A stretch of DNA of 62,909 bases, filler included, from Aduncisulcus paluster (taxonomy: Eukaryota), in assembly GCA_024181965.1 (NCBI GenBank). It is 4 parts of 4 records of this genome, joined end to end, with 100 filler letters (N's around TTAATTAATTAA, not from the genome) between each part and the next. Parts side by side here need not be neighbours in the genome. Positions count along the whole stretch, not along the records: positions 52,669 to 62,909 come from BQXS01012733.1; 3 more parts are not named here. The stretch is one strand, 5' to 3'. Under the pieces are notes generated by a model. The model did not search any database and was not told the DNA's origin. It saw nothing but the letters and a program-made list of their open reading frames with translations. Every line of letters begins with the position of its first letter. Within the stretch, counting starts at the first letter, position 1. Positions 59,101-62,909 of this stretch are shown here, piece by piece. A program made the position numbers and the translations under genes.

Positions 59101-59412
59101 AGAATATCCACCTAAAACATAGAATAAATTGGTGAGAAGGGATTGAACATTGGTATTCGAAAGAGAAAGGTGTTCAGAATCACCAGTTACCATAAACACA
59201 GTTGTGAATGTTTCACCTTCACCGAGGATAGTTGCAAAGTCTTCAAGGGCTTCTTCACTATAACTGCCTTCAGGAATGGCAATAGTGAACTTAACACGAT
59301 CCATAAAAGGGGACATAACAATGGCACCAGCAATAAAGAAGAGTATCCAGAAGATAACTATCAACCACTTCGCTTTTTCAAGGAAGCGGAAATAAGAGTT
59401 AAAGCAAGTCAT
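56152..59412 (-). CDS. MMPL-family RND transporter
   Basis: Two TM+loop+5TM halves. TM4 GVAFSLDYALFLLSRFKTE and TM10 AGLSMDYQTFISMRVFE carry the paired DY motifs. Also SGHTVVVSG and IISFAALIMAVAF. Confidence 0.9.
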   Translation of the reverse strand: MTCFNSYFRFLEKAKWLIVIFWILFFIAGAIVMSPFMDRVKFTIAIPEGSYSEEALEDFATILGEGETFTTVFMVTGDSEHLSLSNTNVQSLLTNLFYVLGGYSASYPCPESLQDNTVVSYYSLAALAAANDYDLSILQAKTMPENSAGDQAYLTKITVPMPESGETQQCVDDLDAIVSTLTSSLDMTGLSYGFVGEYYGISEVEKTVKKDMELMDATSIPIALIILFLVLGSFKLMLIPLISFVASITFGIFWGWVITYASWDVSSLAPSITMSVGVAFSLDYALFLLSRFKTEVETGHSPRLAIKKTVQSSGHTVVVSGVAIAVCFASMLIYPADIAASLGACAAIVLVGVVLCNMTLVPVVMLLLKDFFAAKYLQRYRATADGADFHMYERVGKSLLGRVGYNSLAGKIPESTHKLLVAEAKREMDFEIDTLHSHQRILDALESSKKSGKVSVLQISPEIGTDSPKAQLSLSFGEMEKVAKVCKKQWSQTHKKYFVERFESLRSLYNKDTHEVDSSQYSKTCSNFVESFSRTAQKYDVELLNDASLMTTESAISHLTASHSSHNHTGMSLQASRSGFWGTILDIFSPKKVKSVDSELSSDQAEITELAVSAQKDSVWFRLSSWITESTSHSIITILLILLVSSPFFVALGWLETSSDMNQMFPSSGDFADNMDTLANIAGQGVLGPFEVLLSSKTTGGAIIDGWRADENTLTTQTFNALYTLKNGIIDIVNNAVEDESEQIDSSSVLSIQCPGTDIDVSTAGFYLSSARSAAVTDAYKVIYSTSNNATDAEVTDIVGTVMEVTLNGSPFSATAETILEDIREYLDDFNDSNTYNLTAIVYGGPSTSYDLAEEVNTYFPWQILIVAFILIVVVAVTFKSIMMPIVMVVTIGMTLAFIMGFITIIFVLGWFDFISTLEDVRSVFWIAPIFTISILAGLSMDYQTFISMRVFELRRAGYDYRSSITRAQYTTSPIISFAALIMAVAFFGLELSSLILLCIFGTTLAVAVLYDSHVIRGMFFPAVLNLLGERTYYPGKVPEGVKDSFVMEIEEEEELEKEEEEEKEVGTGMEALEVMEMESVRNETI

Positions 59413-59902
59413 TATTAATAGTCTTTGCAGCAAAAAGCGAAAAACAAAAGAGTATTGTAAGATCCATCAGTGCCCATTTAATGATTAGATCAATGATGTG
59501 TTGAATCTAATGAATCGCTGCATCTATTTGAAATATGATTGGCGAGATTATATATAACAATGAATAATATCATTGTTTATAATCCTTAAACATAATGAAA
59601 TCTTGAATATACACGAATAACTATTAAAGATATTCCTGAGATCAAACTGATAATTAAACCAATAAATAAATTTTTTTAGCTTACTATATTATGGTTTTTA
59701 AGGATAAATTACTTTTCTAATTGTAGAGTTCATTGTGGAATTAATCAAAAATCTGATCATGGTCAAGCTCAAGAACTAAATAATTATATAAAGAGATTTC
59801 ATGCACCAGCAGTTTTTTTGTTTTTCAATGAAAATTCGGATTTTTTATTTCGTGAACTGCTGTGCTATACAGTTTCTGTATTCGGTAGCAAGGGTGAAAA
59901 AA

Positions 59903-59976
59903 AGCCCGCTATGAGATTTGAACTCATGACCTGTACATTACTAGTGTACCGCTCTAACCAACTGAGCTAAGTGGGC
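59903..59976 (-). tRNA. tRNA-Thr(AGU)
   Basis: GCCCACTTAGCTCAGTTGGTTAGAGCGGTACACTAGTAATGTACAGGTCATGAGTTCAAATCTCATAGCGGGCT. Anticodon arm GTACA-CT AGT AA-TGTAC, T-loop TTCAAAT, followed by an oligo-T Pol III terminator. One A-C mismatch in the acceptor stem. Confidence 0.95.
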
Positions 59977-60292
59977 TGAGAATACTTTTTCAGAAAGTGG
60001 TATAAATAAATATAGATTTTGTTTTCTCATTGAAAATTTCATTCACTGCTTTCCATGAAATAATTTTTAATTTCCACATGTATAATTAATGAATTTTTCT
60101 ATTTTTCGTTTATTTTCCAGGCTATGGAAATTCATGGAATAAATCAGATAAACTTAAAGATCAGCATCAACCTGTTATAAATATTTAATAGAATGTCATT
60201 AATGTTTGTATTATGCTAAAAAATTTTGATCATAAAAGAATCTGCTACATTTTAAAAACACTAAATGAAGGTGAGGGAATATTTTTTGCAAA

Positions 60293-60832
60293 CTATTTTT
60301 GTGAAAACACGTCCAAGAAACCATCAATATCAATAATATCTCTATCATCTGGATTCACTAACAATAGCAGTTGCTCAGCTTCTTCTATCGAGAGATCACC
60401 TTCCATATAATCAACAAGCTGTTGCAGTAAAACATCTCTTTTCATTTGACCTCTCCCTAAAAGTCTATGTGCAACGGTCCTTTCTCTTATGATACGGAAA
60501 GCACCTTTAATTTCAGCCAATCTCTCATCAGAACACGAAGTTTTCACAAGAATATCACAAAACAATGAAAAATCTATCTCTCCGCTTGGAGAATATGATT
60601 TAACAAGATCTATAACTTCAGATCGGCTCATTGGATAGCCAATTTGTGTCAATAATGCTCGGAACTCATCAGCATCAATTGTTCCACCAGAGTCGCTATC
60701 AACAAGATTAAACAATTCTCTTAGCTCAGTTTCTGTAATTTCAACGGCTAAAATGAGATATGGTAAATTAATGTACACAATAAAAAATACAATTATAAAA
60801 TAGGATAAAAAAACAAAAAACTTACAACTCAT
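60293..60832 (-). CDS. Calmodulin/centrin-like EF-hand protein, two exons
   Basis: A GTAAGT...TTTAG intron at 60825-60748 gives MSSVEITETELRELFNLVDSDSGGTIDADEF, a canonical first EF loop. The other EF hands are degenerate. Confidence 0.88.
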   Translation of the reverse strand: MSCKFFVFLSYFIIVFFIVYINLPYLILAVEITETELRELFNLVDSDSGGTIDADEFRALLTQIGYPMSRSEVIDLVKSYSPSGEIDFSLFCDILVKTSCSDERLAEIKGAFRIIRERTVAHRLLGRGQMKRDVLLQQLVDYMEGDLSIEEAEQLLLLVNPDDRDIIDIDGFLDVFSQK

Positions 60833-61347
60833 CGGTGATTATTATTAAAGATTTAAGTCAATGAAAGAAATATGAATGTTATAAGCTTAAAATATTTTAA
60901 ATCTGGACAAAAACACAAAATTGAATTTTGCAAGTTGCAATATTCTTGCAAAACCTCATGGATCTTAGGATTTTCCTTCCGTTTTGTTGAGTAAAGTTTT
61001 TGTTATTATCAATTGATATTTGTAAATTGAATCATACAATGAGCTTCATCCGAAAAATTTGAAATCACCCTTTTTTGTCGATTCAAGGAGAATTCAATGC
61101 TATCATGTCACGTAAGTTTTTCGAATTCCATATATTNNNNNNNNNNNNNNNNNNNNGACAAAAACACAAAATTGAATTTTGCAAGTTGCAATATTCTTGC
61201 AAAACCTCATGGATCTTAGGATTTTCCTTCCGTTTTGTTGAGTAAAGTTTTTGTTATTATCAATTGATATTTGTAAATTGAATCATACAATGAGCTTCAT
61301 CCGAAAAATTTGAAATCACCCTTTTTTGTCGATTCAAGGAGAATTCA

Positions 61348-62909
61348 ATGCTATCATGTCACGTAAGTTTTTCGAATTCCATATATTCTCCTCAAGAAAG
61401 GCCAATAGGTCCAATATTATCACCCAGTGAATCTAGTATACGAGGATGTATAGTTATCCAAGGAAGAAGGGATTTATTTGTAGACGGAAGCTTCGTTTTA
61501 ATTAAAAGACAAAATTATGATATCACTACAAGAGTGCATTTTCAAAAAGGAAAGTATTCTGAGATTCCAACTTGTCGAACGTATTGTGACGTATTATCTA
61601 AATTTAAGCTAAATGAAGAGATTTCTTTGATTCAAACTGATCATCCAAAGATTGCTAAATCTGTTTCAATTGGATATGATACAGATTCTACATCTCCTCC
61701 TCCATTCATTCCTCTGGCTCATTCAATGCTTCAAGGACATTGCATTCATGTGGATTATCCCATATTCCTCCCTTGTAATGGGAAATATTGTAAATATATT
61801 ATTAGAAGTGTGAATGGTGGATCTTGTAAAGATTTTTCTCTTGTCACTTCCAAAACTGTTATCAAATTTGTTGAAGAAGATTATAAATCGGAATTATCGA
61901 TACCATTGTCGCTTAAATCACTTATTCCAGCATTTAAAACATCATATTCGACCTTGTCATCTTCTCTTGTTGAATTGGTACACCATACTGTTGGGGGAAT
62001 CAAAGAAGCAGTATTAGCTGTTTGTGAAGTTGTTTCTCTCGTATTATCATCATATTTCCGTGAGTTAACACAAGAATTTGAAGAACATTGTCGAGGAGAA
62101 CCAATATCCGGCATTCTCTTATCAGGTCCTCCAGGGGTTGGAAAGACTCATTTGGCCCGTACTATCGCCAGTGTTTCTGGATGCATCATGAAACAGGTGT
62201 GCGGAAGTGAGTTCTTTTCACCATATACAGGGCAAAGTGAGACTAGAGTGGCTGAGTGTATCTCTGAGGTATTGGAACTTTCTCAAATGCAAAAACGACC
62301 TGTTATTCTATTTATAGATGAGATCGATAGTCTTGGAGAAGGTGTTGGCAGTGTTGAAGGAAGGGTTGTTTCTGCTCTTTGTTCGAGTCTGGATAAAGCT
62401 CATCGAACAAAATCTGAAGCTCGTTCCTCTTCTTCCATCTTTACGCCGCATCTTATTATTATTGCAGCCACAAACAGGTTAAAGGGGGTCCCCATGGCTC
62501 TCCGTAGACGAGGTCGACTTGAATATGAGATTGTTGTCCAACCGCCTGATTCCACTGAACGATTCAACCTTTTGCAACTCCTGTTGAAGAACAAAACACA
62601 TTCGATATCCGTTGAGGACCTTCAAATGGCTGCCGATAGGTGCGTGGGCTTTGTTGGGGCTGATATTGAAGCTGCAATGAGATACGCTGTTCTTGCTCTT
62701 GTGAAGGAGGCTCGAAAACATGAGATTTCTGTTTGTGAAACCAGTTATGTTGATCAGATTAAGAATAGCCTAAGAATAGATCATCTATTATTAGGAATAG
62801 CATCGGTAACACCGGCTGCTCTTCGATCATCCTTATCAATCTCTTCATCTGGTTCATGGGATGACATCGGGGGGTATTCAGATCTAAAAATAGCACTGAG
62901 AAAGAGTGT
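61348..62909 (+). CDS. CDC48-family AAA+ ATPase (AFG2/SPATA5-like), runs off window end
   Basis: Open frame from ATG 61348: GILLSGPPGVGKT (Walker A), ILFIDEIDSL (Walker B), IAATNR...ALRRRGRLEYEI, GFVGADI, and SWDDIGG starting the second AAA domain. Absent from the ORF track because there is no stop. Confidence 0.92.
   Translation, partial: MLSCHVSFSNSIYSPQERPIGPILSPSESSIRGCIVIQGRRDLFVDGSFVLIKRQNYDITTRVHFQKGKYSEIPTCRTYCDVLSKFKLNEEISLIQTDHPKIAKSVSIGYDTDSTSPPPFIPLAHSMLQGHCIHVDYPIFLPCNGKYCKYIIRSVNGGSCKDFSLVTSKTVIKFVEEDYKSELSIPLSLKSLIPAFKTSYSTLSSSLVELVHHTVGGIKEAVLAVCEVVSLVLSSYFRELTQEFEEHCRGEPISGILLSGPPGVGKTHLARTIASVSGCIMKQVCGSEFFSPYTGQSETRVAECISEVLELSQMQKRPVILFIDEIDSLGEGVGSVEGRVVSALCSSLDKAHRTKSEARSSSSIFTPHLIIIAATNRLKGVPMALRRRGRLEYEIVVQPPDSTERFNLLQLLLKNKTHSISVEDLQMAADRCVGFVGADIEAAMRYAVLALVKEARKHEISVCETSYVDQIKNSLRIDHLLLGIASVTPAALRSSLSISSSGSWDDIGGYSDLKIALRKS

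Larger units (their letters stand above)
28009..61387. other. Nine 20-N scaffold gaps each flanked by a near-identical direct duplication (assembly artefact)
   Basis: Gaps at 28229, 36736, 42312, 44676, 46771, 48450, 50499, 53729 and 61137. In each case ~200-350 bp before the gap is repeated immediately after it. Confidence 0.92.

Overview
This is gene-dense, AT-rich nuclear DNA from a microbial eukaryote. It has short 5'-biased GT-AG introns and uses the standard genetic code. It is a draft pseudomolecule: four contigs are joined by artificial N44-TTAATTAATTAA-N44 linkers (18738, 37975, 52569), and nine 20-N gaps are each flanked by a duplicated ~200-350 bp overlap. A [2Fe-2S] ferredoxin with an organellar presequence and two expanded lineage-specific families suggest a free-living anaerobic metamonad of the Carpediemonas-like or Aduncisulcus type (inference, not verified). 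Housekeeping genes include cytosolic Hsp70, RPL24, REX4, DCC1, an SRPK kinase, DJ-1/PfpI, a Qb-SNARE, a Yip1 protein, a WKF protein, an EF-hand protein, a CDC48-family AAA ATPase and tRNA-Thr(AGU). Accessory content includes an alpha-helical repeat family, partly fused to a kinase and partly disrupted, a ~2600-aa protein of a patchily distributed family, and a bacterial-type MMPL/RND transporter. The best candidate for a novel system is at the start of contig 2: a truncated ORF with Fanzor/TnpB-like motifs (ESDG...VGIDPGR...basic helix), next to a GC-rich, multi-hairpin non-coding segment.
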